In this document: in pieces, positions 37,319-50,414 of the stretch
How the letters are laid out: each line of letters begins with the position of its first letter
Position numbering within the stretch: the stretch's first letter is position 1
The notes under the pieces: model-generated
The model's database searches: none
Seen by the model: the letters and a program-made list of their open reading frames with translations, nothing else
Told to the model about the DNA's origin: nothing
Assembly (NCBI RefSeq): GCF_001949145.1
Contig: NW_019091355.1
Span: forward strand, 990,083 to 1,054,082
Length of the DNA: 64,000 nt
Direction of reading: 5' to 3'
Source: Acanthaster planci
Lineage: Eukaryota
Translations under genes and position numbers: made by a program

Positions 37319-37487
37319 CCAGCAAGAAATGAGACCGAGGGGTACCCCCCAACATGTCCAATCACTATACACACTCTAGACTACTGTCCAACACATCCCT
37401 CCTAGATGTCTGAAAGGAATTCCCCAGATTCCTGCGAGACAATGACCAACACAAAGCAGGGGGGGTCTCTCCATCTTGTACCTTGCT
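37319..37487. repeat. Dispersed fold-back element, copy 2
   Basis: Matches 19002-19175, including a ~62-nt stretch with a single substitution. Confidence 0.85.
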
Positions 37488-38772
37488 TCATATGTGGAAT
37501 GCACACTTGAAAGAGCAGTTTGAATAACTGCACCCTTTCAAAGATGCAGATATCCTGTTTGACGGGCATTGCCAAGTTCCGATAGGCTTTTGAGGTTCCA
37601 GTGTTAACATCTGGGAAAGGTGCAGACAAACCACAACAATGTCCTTCAAGATAAAACATATCTCGGACCACACTGAAACTTCGTTTTGTAGACAAATAGA
37701 CCACTGTAATTCCTTGAGCACACCAATGAAAACCATTTCTCATGTATAAAACGGAGAACCCTCCAGTGTTATTTCCCACTCAAAACTCTTATATCACAAT
37801 CTACGCTAAGTAAACAAATACAAAAATCACTTCCTGTAATACACAACTGTCATTCATTTAGATTAAAAATCACAGGCCAAACTCGCTTCAGAATTTCCTA
37901 CAATTTTGGTTCTTTGGGGTAAAATTCAGACTCGGGCCTAATCTGTTGGGAAACGAGAATTTTTGCAATACGAAATTAGCATGTGGAACACAAGCCAATT
38001 CCTGAAGTTAAAAAACAGTGATAGTTTTGGCCTTTCACAGGAATACAGGTTTAAGAATAATCACTTTCTAAAAAAAGGAATGCATTCACTTGCCCATTTG
38101 AAATCCTCGACCTCAAAATTGCTTTCCATTTGGGTCCACGCACACTTATACCATGCAAATTTACATGTATCTGTGAAGAGCTAATTTACATGTACAGAGA
38201 TTATTCTTGGCTTGCTACACGAGGGAATTTCTGAAAATACAAGAAAACCTACAAGAGGACCGCCGCTCTCTGGGAACAAAAACTACCAACTGAATGAAAA
38301 TAATGTTTTTTAAAAACCAACATCTAACAATTCATACAAACTAAGGCAAACTAACTTTTGAAACAATTTCTAAACCCATGTATCGTACTACAAACTACGT
38401 GTGTATACGAGGTTTTTATGCAGTATTTACATCCGGCTGGCTGATCAGATCCGGCCGATAAAAACCCACTTCCCCCTTTTCCCCCACAATGTCACCGTCT
38501 CATACTTGCTCATTTACATTAAATAAAAACGCTCTGTCGAGAGCCCTATTTCTGACAATAAAGTTGAAGAAACAACTGATTTCACAAAAATTTAAGCATT
38601 ACAATCGTCAGAACCAAGACAGGATAACCTGACAAAGATGTGGGAAAGTTTCTGTTTTCAATCTTTCTGTTTGGCCGTTTGTGCCGGAGGTGTGGTCAGT
38701 TGAAACTGTGACAGGACAACAGCCATTCAGCTGACGAGGTTGTTAGACGGTTGTTAGTGCTGAGGTGGATTT

Positions 38773-41360
38773 TTATGAAGCCTTCTGCGATCCCTTCTTG
38801 CCGATCAGACTCTTATGGATGTGAGGAATGACACCTGCAGACAGAATTAAAAACAAAGGGCACGGATTCAACATTTATGACGAGATCCCTCATTTAAACG
38901 AGTCTCAAGAAATCTGTTTCTTCAGTTATGTTCAGTTTGCATTAAAAAGAGCAACCCGAGCTCTTGGGTTGACAAGCTCTTGGTGTGACGTATCATTCAC
39001 TCTGTAAATATCCTGATAGAATGGCAGAGCTTAAGATGTTGGGGGTTACGCTGGTGCGACTCAAGTCATTTAACTAGGTAGTGTTAACACTTTACCAACC
39101 AAATTTCCACAAACCTACACCATTTTGTCATTGTTTTATACCGAATGCAAAATGCATTCAGAACGAAACCTTCGAATGACGCAAACATCCATCCCATGTG
39201 GCCAACTCATTCCCAGGTACAATTCAATGTATGAAATATCAAACACAACGTGTACATGTATTCTGTTAACAGCCAATGTTTCCCCTGTTCTTTGGATTGA
39301 AATCCAATTAAACTGCATAGTTATTTTAATCCAGCAAGGCACTGACAAAGGTTTGAAGTCAGTAAATCACACATTTAGAAATGAGCTTCTCAGAGAGGAC
39401 TGGTAACCTCAACTGGAGTAGCTATGCACGTGACATTCAGGCTAGCCATTCACATGACAATCTGGCTAGCCTTATAGTGCCTACACTTCATATTAAATCA
39501 CTTTTCGCAATGATCAGGCATTGATTCAGGAAACCAGCAACACAATCACAATGTCTTGTCTCTTAATTTGTCTCATGTAAATGGCTGTAAGTTATGAAGT
39601 CCAAAACCAAGTGGATACATACCACCGCCAGCAATTGTTGCCTTGATCAGTGAATCCAATTCCTCGTCACCCCTGATAGCTAGCTGCAAGTGACGCGGCG
39701 TGATACGCTTGACCTTCAGATCTTTGCTGGCATTGCCCGCCAATTCTAAAACCTGGAAAATGGAAAAGAAAAAATTGCAGTTTGCTCGTTTGGACAACAT
39801 TCACAAAAAAAGATGGACTTTTTTTATATTGAACCAAAATTAAGGATGGATAGAATGGTGCAAATATAGATCTTGTTCAAATGCAATACATTTTCAAATT
39901 AACAAGTTCACACTCCCAACTCCGTTCAGCATAGGCCTGACATAAGGGATATTTTCAACAGCAATGAGCATATTCTATGAATTTCAAAAAACAATGGAGG
40001 TAGCAAAACAACCTTACTCGAAAATATTGACCTTGAAGTTGAAAACGTGGCAGAATTTAAACAATGAGGCTGGCCCAAGATGTCAATGCTGTTTCGTAGG
40101 CCTAACATTAAACTGAACGTACAGAATACCCAAAGTGGAATTATGAATAATGCTGTATTAGCAAGGCCTAGACCTACCATTAAATTACAGGCAGGGGATC
40201 TAGGCCCTATAAAACTAAAAAAGTAAAAAAAAAACCTGCCAGGTTATAATGGAAACATTGCCTCTCTAATGTCTGTTCTCAAAATAGCCTTATCCCTTGC
40301 TGTATAGGGCATGTAAGGAGAGCCCACAAAAAACAAGACTTTTCAAGGACTTAGTTTCAAGAATGGTTGTAACATTCAGCCTAGGCTATGCAGTTTCATA
40401 CTTGAACAGTTCTCCCTATAGGCCTAGGCTAGCTCAACTAAAATTAAAGACAATATCAATGACCTGGTTAAATATTTTCTTCATACATGAAGTTGCCAAA
40501 AACCCACCAGTGACCTCTGGCCTGAGCATGGCGTCCGTTTCCAAATTTTCGCGCCAAAATTTATAAACACAAATCCGGCCAGTAAAAAAAAAGTGGAGCA
40601 CCAAAGTTTGAAAGTAAATATATGCAGTAAAATGTACATTTCACCACCCAAAACTCTGTTCAGAAGATTACAGCTGTCCTAAATTCGTCATGAAAAATCA
40701 ACTTCACTTGCGAAGAATTTCAGCCCTAACCATTCGCCGACAATGTTGACAACGCGCGCCAAATTCAATTCAAATTTGAAACGACGCTAGTATCGCAATG
40801 TTAACCATGAAAGTATGGATTTAATACATGTTTTGAAAAACATCACTTATGAAATTAAAAAAATCTACCTCAGCTGTAAGGTATTCCAAGATAGCAGCAG
40901 AGTAAACGGCGGCAGTGGCACCGACTCGCCCATGGCTGGTTGTTCGGTTCTTCAAATGCCTGTGAATACGGCCGACCGGGAACTGCGGAAGAGGTTGAAA
41001 AAATCTGTAATTTACACCTTTCTCGACAAAATACAGACCCTTGTGTAACTGTGTCGGTGGCATTCTACGGACACACACTGTAAGTAGGTAAAAATAAAAA
41101 ATGTTAAGGGTTTACCTGAAGACCTGCCCTTGCTGATCGTGAAACAGCTTTAGCTTTCGCCTTTCCGGAATCTTTACCTGCTTTACCTCCTGCCTGCAGA
41201 ACAAAATTGCACAAATTTGATACGTTTTAGCACGAGTATCTTAAAACTATAAAAGCATTCTTAAAAAGGAAATATTCAAGAGAATCAAAATTTAAAAAAT
41301 ATGGGTGGATGCCTGAAAATTGAGCCATATTTCAACAGATTCGGGAAACATACTCACCAT
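38773..41360 (-). CDS. H2AZ: Histone H2A.Z (H2A.V/H2A.F/Z), 128 aa
   Basis: Exons 41358-41360 (ATG), 41116-41193, 40869-40982, 39623-39752, 38773-38834 (387 nt). Protein [54 protein letters not shown]...[36 protein letters not shown]. Confidence 0.98.
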
Positions 41361-41429
41361 CTTTGTCTATTCTTGTCTTCCTCTGCAGCCGTTCCGTATA
41401 CAACGCGTGCCCGCGTAAAATGTAACAGA

Positions 41430-41480
41430 CGCTTATAACATCAAAATGACCTCATCACGTGATTGTGTACGGCCAATAGA
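41430..41480 (-). promoter_or_regulatory. H2A.Z proximal promoter
   Basis: TATA-like GTTATAAG (~41432-41439), E-box CACGTG (41456-41461) and CCAAT (41473-41477), just upstream of exon 1. Confidence 0.5.
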
Positions 41481-44400
41481 ATGACGGGGATTGCAAATCA
41501 TGAATATTCGTGAATCTCCGGCTTTGTTCGGGTCACTATACAGCGGGGGCATTTTTTCGCCGAGTTTCTCAATGACAAAAGATTTGAACAAATGGACAAA
41601 TTAGCAGCTGGTCTTTCCCACTAAAAATTCCAGGGTCATTGTCTTCAAAACTTGGGAACTGAAGAACTACGTGATGGCTGCAAATACTTCGGTGTAGATG
41701 GTCAGGCCACGCCCGTTTAACTTGCATTTTACGGAACAAAAACTCAGGGTCATTGTTTTAAACGGGCTTCTCATGCATTCATTGAAGGAGCTAGAAAATA
41801 GGCTTAAAGTTTGAGTATATCCACAAATTAAGCATAATTTCGTGACTCAAACATTATAATTTCCTTCGATGTAAGGTCCATTCTCCTTTTGGGGGAGAGG
41901 TGGGGTGGATGGTGAGCCAATCTCTACTGGAAATCCAGCTGTGCAAATTATAATACATGTTGATGTTTTCAATTAAAAATAAAGATGTCTTGTTTAAGGG
42001 TCCAAATTCATTTCAATAAAAGTGGAGTTTAAGGGAGTTCAAAATAGGACACGAAGAAAAAAATCAACAAAGGGGTATTCGTGTCACGTCTGCTAGCAAA
42101 ACAACATGGCTTCTAAAACGAGACCTCTAATAGGTAGGCCTGTAGAAAATTACGCAAGAGGGATACAGTGATATAAATTTCGTATTCATTTGTATGTGAA
42201 AATTCACTCCTCAAGACAGCTATACAAAGATAATTTTTTTTAGAATTACTAAGTTGGTTCGGAAGAAATCCAAGTTCCCCGTCGCAATAACAAACGGCAA
42301 TTTTTGACAATCATATACGAAACTGTTCACTGTGGCCGAGCCCGTAATGTATGAGAATGTTTATTTCACCCGTGACAGAGGGGCTTAATAGGTCTGTCGC
42401 TGAACTTACTTATGATCAAAATTAAATCGAATTTAATTCGTTGGTGAAAAGACGCTATTTTGATGTAAAGAGACCTATTAACCCTACACAGCTCCTTAAT
42501 TTCTCAACAGGTTCATATTTTCTATCAAAGAAAAGTAATACCTGTTAAAACATTAAACATGTATTTATTGTGCGAGTTATCACTTGGAGAACACAAGCAC
42601 GACCATCCAATTACGTAACTAATAAAAAAAGAACCATTCGAAAACGCCTCTATGTTGGTCAACCGAGGAACTATAGAGGGCGCTGTGTTGCATGAATCAG
42701 GGGCAGCCCTTGTCTGTGGCGTGGTGGGCAACGTGATAGACATGACAAAACCCCCATGTTTGTGATGAGCAGTATTATGGACAAAGCTTCTCCACACTTT
42801 AATTTGTAGATTTTTACACGACACAGGGAGGGTTATGTAATTTATTATTTAAAATAATGAGTCCTTTCTTTGTTCTGTACCATCATAGGTCGAGCTTACG
42901 AGTGATTGGCAAACCATGTCACAAAAAGTGAATAATAAACAATTATACTTTTTAAGAAGTCCCAGGCAGCTGTAGAAGTCATTCGTACGCTGCTGGCGTT
43001 TCCATGGTGTCTCTTAGGCTGTTTTTGTTATTTTAATTTAGCTATTTAGCTAACAAATGCACAAATGGTTTACTCGAGCCTATCCCAGTGTTACAAAGCT
43101 CAGTGCCCTCTGAGGACGTTTTAACACTAATTCATGAGCTACATACACAACCAATCAGTTTAGAGGGGGACAAGCACAGAAGTTTCAAGAACGTGCTTTT
43201 GCCGAAACCCTTTATCAGGTTTACGAAATTGCCTAAACCTTCTAATTCCATCACACCTGTGATTAGGTCGGGCTCTAAAGTTCATTTTTTCACAATAAAT
43301 GAATTTACTTACAGCAATAAACTTTAATTGGTACGATCGACGAGAGCATGCTTAGAACGAGAGCGTGGAAAGGCACCAGGAGCACCCTTGGAACGAAGAA
43401 AAGAACAGAACTAGGCTGAGGTGGAACACACTTTCAATAGGAGCACAATGAACGTTAGACCGATCCTACGCGTGGTGCTATCCTCCTGGCTCACATCCGG
43501 GATGAAAGTAGTTTCATTTTGCAAATTTTCACTTTGAGAGTGTATCCGTATAATAAAAGCGAAATTCACGTACAATTTGAAAAGAGATGCTTAGGCTTTG
43601 GGCCCAGTATTGATGGATCGCTTTTTACCCCAAGGTTCAGGCAAATTACACAGCGCCCTCTCTCAAGGACCAACCGGGTCAATTGTGGAATGCATAAAGT
43701 GGGTGCGCCAAGGGGCGGGGGGGGGTCAGAGTTGTCTAACTTTCTCGGCGTTTTCCAAATTATTTCAGGGCGAAATAATCTTTAATCGCCCATCTTTGGC
43801 CCTACATTGTCTCCCAGTGTTTCAATGGCATAACTGGGGGGTTTTGAAGGGAAAATGGAAAACAAACAGCACCTAATTATGTGTAACTCAGTATGCTCAC
43901 GGGGAGCAATTGAAACGCCCAATTAATCCCAAATTCCTGCAGTACCCTGCAAAACGCACCACCAAATATAACAAAACAAAACACATGGTGTCAAATAACT
44001 GCATAAAAGTTCTTTTTAATCATTCTCGTCACTTATATATAAACATCTTGAGTTTAGGATTCCAACAATTTGGCTTCATGAATGATATCATTGGGTTCAC
44101 GTACATGCTACTCTGAACCAAAATCTAGATTGGGAACCTTTTGCAAAATCGGGCTACCATAAGTCCGTGGTTAAGACCGGGCAGTGGTTCGAAACCGACA
44201 GTGAAATGCAGACTCCTGCCACGCGCGCATGCGTCATCGGTAGAGACATGCGCACTGGAAATGAGGATTTTACTTTCATCATCACAATGTACACGGTATC
44301 CGCGATCGTTTTCGTGTGTAAATTCACTGCCATTTACTGGTAACATTTCGTGACTGATCCAAATTTGATAAATCTTTACGGCAGGCTTTTCTCACAAGCA

Positions 44401-46366
44401 TTTAATTTTTGTGTTGCACATTTTGGAAGTGCCAGCACCTCCAGCAGTTTTAAGGGCACGTATATTCACGGTGAAGTTTCGCCATCTTGCACCGCTTCGT
44501 GGCGCTATACGATCTTTGGTTTTAAGGTATTTCAGACACGTTTGCTTTTTGGACTTAAGGGGTTAACATTGCTGATACCGAATTCCTAATTGTTACATAG
44601 ATTTTCATCAATTTAAATGGGTGAAAAGTCCATGTTTTGTGCAAAAACGGGTGAACACTAAGCAAGCCAACTTCTAATCAATACTATGGGGTGAACTTTG
44701 TTCATTACAAGATGTCACTCGATGACTTGGGCAGGTGACCCATCGTCAACACAGTAAAACCCCATGGAGCTTCCTCCGTGGTAAAATTGCAACAGGCAAG
44801 TGGCTTATATGTATTACAAAATTAACTGATTACATCATGCAAACCTATATGAGGGAGAAACCTCATTTGCATCATGTGACTTTAATTCAGATAAGAGACT
44901 ATCGCTATATATTTACGCAATGAGCGTAGTCCACACTTTAAACCCTAAAAATGGCTCAATGTGTTCAACTGCAAAGGTCCATTTAAAAATTTTGATTCAC
45001 CTTTGGTCAAGCTTTATAAAGTTGCTAATTATAAAATTCAAAACGGTGTTTCCATCCTGGCACATGTATTTCCAGGTTGAACGATTAAATTCACAAAGTA
45101 GGCTTGCAGAAATTGTAGTCATTGTTACTGTGATTAATGCCCTTCGTTTTATGATTTTTGTTTTTTACAAAGCCATACCACAAAAAGTCACGGACGGAGA
45201 CATCGTGACTGCAACATTTCCTGCCCGAGGATCCTACTATATATCCTGCAGGAAGATATCATTTGACCAGCAAATTTCATCACCTGCCTTTCAGAGGCAT
45301 GTTACATAACGCAGACATTGGGCCTTCCTTGAAGATGGTCCCGGATTATGGTTCTGGGCAGGGCATATACACTACCAGCTACAACTTGCAAAGAGGTGCT
45401 GGCAATTTGTTATGAATTCACGACTCTCGTTTAAGAAATAATGGTTTCTTTGTCACAAGGTGTGCGCTAATTGCTGAATACACAACACAATCTTTACAAC
45501 TGCACGGCAGTGACACAAAATATTTATAAGTGGCTTAATGCCCAAACCTGACATGGGCTTGTCACACAATTTGACCATTTACTAAAGGATGCATCGTGAA
45601 AGTAAATGGAGTAATTACTGGCAATGGACTGAAAAACTTTGACTTAATGCCTGGGTGTCTCTTTCCTTCCAACCTAGTGGTAAAAAGAAAATATCCGGCA
45701 ATGAATTGATGGCTAAAAGAAAATGTACAACACACGAAAGTGAAGTTGATAATGAAATGTTGCTCAAACGATTCTCTCAAACATTGTCTTTTTCAGCGAG
45801 TCTTTCAACTTTTCATCTGAAAGTGTTCCAGTAATATGATGTCTACGAAGAGCTTCTTTTGGCAACAGTGATGGACACATCTGCCGATGAATCACTTGCA
45901 AATGGGGCACCAAATGTTGTCTGAACTCTTAACTAACCGTGTCTGAAATTTTACATTCTGTTCAAAGTTAAATCCAAAACAAAGAAGCCACCCTGTGAAA
46001 TGCTAATCTGGAAGGGGCTTAACATTTCTTACCTTAATATTGCAACTTATAGCCTCCAGTCAAAATAAGAGGCAATTCTATAAACAGCACCAAACAAGGA
46101 TTGGAAACTGGCCCTAGCACACTTTTCAGTGCACCAGTCTTTATCAAAAATACAAACATGAAACATGAACTGCATTGAAGTCCCCTTCTGAAGAACAGGG
46201 TCATTCTTGTCAACCAGTCACAAGTTCTTGTCAAGAGTTCCTGTCAAGATTGTAGACGTGGATACTAATGCAGCAAAGATGAGCGTTGATTTCAGTGTAT
46301 CTAATGCACATGAAGTCCTTCAAACAAGAGTTTTTTTTGGTTGTTGACTAAAGATAGCTCACTGAG

Positions 46367-49300
46367 CTACAAGCCCTCTCGTATGTACATGTGTGATTCC
46401 CTCCTGTACAGTTTTCTCTTGATGAGCTTGTAAGAGGATTTGATGACAGTGGGCCTATCATTAGAGTTTCTCAGGTACGTCTGCAGCTTGCTGAAAAGCC
46501 AACGAGGTGTCTCCTTGGTCAGCACCAAAACAATCTCAAAGGTGGTGACGGTGCTGGGGTCTACAACGATTTTGCCCACCCGTTGGCAAATCTCCCCGTC
46601 CTCCAAGATGACTGAGAGGCTGCAGCCCCGCACCCCACAGGGCTCGTCCAGCGCCATCCGCATCACGTCATCGGCCACTCTCTGGGGTAGATCATCTGGG
46701 ACGAGTAGCTTTGTTGGCTGCTGCTTCTCGCGAGCATTACGGAGGCAGTCCAGGATCAGAGATGCCACATACTGGCTCATCTTGACCTCTCTGATGTCAT
46801 CGATCTCATTTCCGCCATACACATCCATTGTGTGGAAATCTGCACGTTGAAAAAACGGAGAAACCAGCTTCAGTCACACTAGAACATTATCTCAGACAAT
46901 AAAGATTAAAACAAAGGAGCCTTTCTACTTACCATCCAAACCCAATTGTGCTAAATTGAAATAGTGTAACGTGTGACCCATCTCAAATATTATTCATAAA
47001 ACGGCTCTTTCTACACTAATGCATATGACCTATCCAGTGACAAAACACAGACTGAAGTGATGCAAGAGTTGTTCCCTATCTGCCTCCATTTACAGTGACT
47101 GAACAATAATGTGTAACTGCATAGTGCCACTGAATCACTCGCCACGCATGTGACCTGAATCACATGACTAACTCCCACATTGATAACCTGCGCAACAGAT
47201 TGGCATGTGCTTTCCATGTGTGTGCATGCAGACAAGTACCATCATACTTGAGCTTTCCATATACATGTACTGTATGGTATATACATGTACATTTATTTAT
47301 AGTTTACACGTGCAGTGTGTACTGCACATGTACGTACAGTGTGCGAGCCCAAAATCAACAAAATTATGAAAACTGACGGGTTGATAACTCGTGTAGACAT
47401 GTATTCTTATTTTACAGTGAACTTCCTTGCCTTGTGCTCTATGTACAATATGTTACAGATGATCTGTGCTATTTGACAAGTTCAGTTCTGAAAAAAATTA
47501 GAATGCAAGTAATCAAAAAACACTTCAATGGGAAACTTTCTTACAATGGATGATCGCATACAAATTATTTAGCTTTTCAACAGTGAATTTAGACAACCAT
47601 TGTAAACACATATTTACATGTTACTGCTCTACACAAATGGAGTCCAACAATTCTTCAAAATGAATCCCCCACTGGTAAAATTTGGCATTTTAATTATATA
47701 GTTTCATTTTATCTCATTAAAAAAACAACTCCAGATCAGAAATGGAATTTTCTCACAAAAATAAAAAGTCAGTGCATTCCACAAACACATTAATTGCTTC
47801 TCCTCTGAGCAACTTGAGTTATAAATAGATAATTTGGCCCAGCAAAATAATACCAACATAATACTCTAGGAATGCAGCGATCAAATCATGTGCATATTAA
47901 AGGGGGGGAGGTCGCTCGGCTGAGGCTGTGACCCTCACACATGTGCAAGGGATCCCCCTCACCAATCAGCGGTGCCTAGCAACAGCAGCCATAAATGTCA
48001 ACCTATCAGGGCAGCTCTTCGGCTGCTCGGCGCTGTCAGCTGGCTTCATTATAATGTACATGTAATGTGTAACATCATGGATTCCCAGGGACAGCGAGGA
48101 AGCTCCACGGAGTATAGAGAGGAAACAGGGGCCAGGGATCCGACTTAGGGATCAGTGCACAAATCCTTTGTGGGTCTTTCTAATGGAACCAACCGGAGGT
48201 TGGAATTAGTTTGCCTGAGGAACTGCACATATACATGTTCCTTGAGATGTATGCATTAACATGCACATGTATTTTTTTCGTGGAAGTGTGCGGTGACAGA
48301 TGACATTTCATAGTGCATAATTCAAATTTTCTTTGAAAAGTTATTAAGTTTTCAAGTTTAATGTGCACATTTTTAATAACAATTTCCAAAAACTTGAATT
48401 CCTTAACACAGCTTAGACTAGGGACAATGAGCCAGGTTAGTAGGAATCAGTATTAAAACCAAACCCTGATTTTTTAGATTGTAAGTTTTACAAAAATTAT
48501 CGAATGACAATACATGATGCTATACAATCAAAAGATGGGGCGTATCTGGGGCGTAGGCAAAAGGGCAGATCTAGTTTGACATTAGCAGATGTCCTTTTAA
48601 TTTAGCTACTGAACTTTTCCATGTACACTGACAAAAAGAACTTTGGCTGCACACATGTAGTTAGTCAAGAGCTTTTCAAGTGCACTAACACATGTAAGTG
48701 GGTTCCATTTGGGTCAAAGTTTTTAAGATCAATCATCTTTGCCGGCCTTAACAGGTTGCCCCGAGACTTTGGCCGAATTCCCCAACTCTAGGCAAGTTCA
48801 GTAAGTGAGGTTGTGCATGTGTGTGTTCACTGAACGTCTTGCTTAATCTATTAAATACTGTTTGCGGAAAAATTTACAAAACATCAACAAAAGGTGGTTT
48901 AATAGGTACTATAAACAAAACTAAGGTGAATTTTCAAGAGCTTTAAGCAGCCAACAAGGCAAAGCTAACAGTTGTGAAATTTCAATTTTTTTCTCAAAGA
49001 GATGAAGCATAGCAATGCGTCACTGTTAAGCCTCTGTTAAAAATTCATGATTTTTCAGTCAAAACCCTGAAAACTGCAAGAATCAGCAATTCCCACTCGT
49101 CACCCCAAAAAGGAAATGTTTTTCAGAAGTTTGTAAGACATAATCAAATTACGATTTCCACTGTTAACTTAAAGTGTACATTGAAGGAGTCGTTCAGAAA
49201 TTTTAACTTTAAATGTTAATTATATTTATATCACTCCAAATGAAAACTTCCATAGAAGGCTAGTCACTAAAATATTCCTACCATTATACGTTACATGCAC

Positions 49301-50172
49301 GCATACACTATATGTAGGACAAAATAAGTTCCCCTTATGAGAAAGTCTCAATTGGCAATCGGACAAAACCTAGCGTGCATTGCACAATCAATTTTAGGCC
49401 AAATCAGAAATTACAAAAACTTTGGCTTGCTTGTGTAGCTTACAATGCTTTGTCATGTCGGTGCACGTAATTTTCATGTAAAATTCCTGTGTGAAAACTT
49501 TCAAGCAAAGTTAAAAAAAATCCGAGACTGCAGAAAACTAGGTATGTTGAGCAAATAACCTAACAGATTTAGAAATCGGAACCACGCATTATGACAAACG
49601 CTGCAAACTGATTTCTTTCAAATAACAAAAGGAGGTCGATCAAGGAGGATATCCTACGGAAGTACACGCAATTTACAAAACGGGAGACGCAGCACACACG
49701 TAACTGCCGGGGGTGGTGGACGGATGATAGTGGCCTATTTTTATATCGAGGATAGGAAAGCTCTTGGGTTCACCACACAATTCATATTGCAAGCACGATG
49801 GCACAGATTGCGAAATGCAGGTACTTATATATTCACAGACAATGCAAACCGGATTGAGTCATCCGTTTTACCCCACGCAATGGGCAATCCTGCGGTAACC
49901 CCCGTATTCATCATCTGTGCACACGTGTGTACCGTTGGCACTGGACAGGAAAGCAATCCGAGTAAAAAGCGGTAAAATCTAACCAAAAACTCACCCGAAT
50001 TACTGTCCACACTCCCTCGGACCGTCTCTATGACGTAGTTGGGCTCGTGCCACTTTTGGTTGTCTCTAGGTTCGATCTTCTCGCCGAATTTGTGGAAGAT
50101 TTTCTGCAAAATTGTGGCGACTCCTTGCTGGTCACAATTCGCTTTCACATGCAAGGCCATTGCTCCATCCAT
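46367..50172 (-). CDS. DDIT4L: DDIT4/REDD1/RTP801-family protein (scylla/charybde-like mTORC1 inhibitor), ~216 aa
   Basis: Exons 49995-50172 and 46367-46839, phase-1 junction, 651 nt. RTP801_C motifs LLVPDDL, EPCGVRG, DPSTVTTFE, YKLIKRKLY. ATTAAA on minus at 44015-44020. The start could be the second Met (MALHV). Confidence 0.9.
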
Positions 50173-50414
50173 GCAGTCGAGAAGAAAAGAGCAGACGACG
50201 TAATACAGACGAAATGTGGCAAATTTTCACCTTTTTATAGGGGGCAGACAAATAACTTTGAAACAGAATGGAAGACTTGAGTGTGTCCAGCACGCAAGGT
50301 CTCCCTCAAATGAATTAATTTTTGGCCAGAACTCACGAAATCAGCCAGACATTGGGCAATGAGTTCTACTGTCCATGCACCCAGCTGATCCGCAACGAAT
50401 GTGCTGGAAGACCA

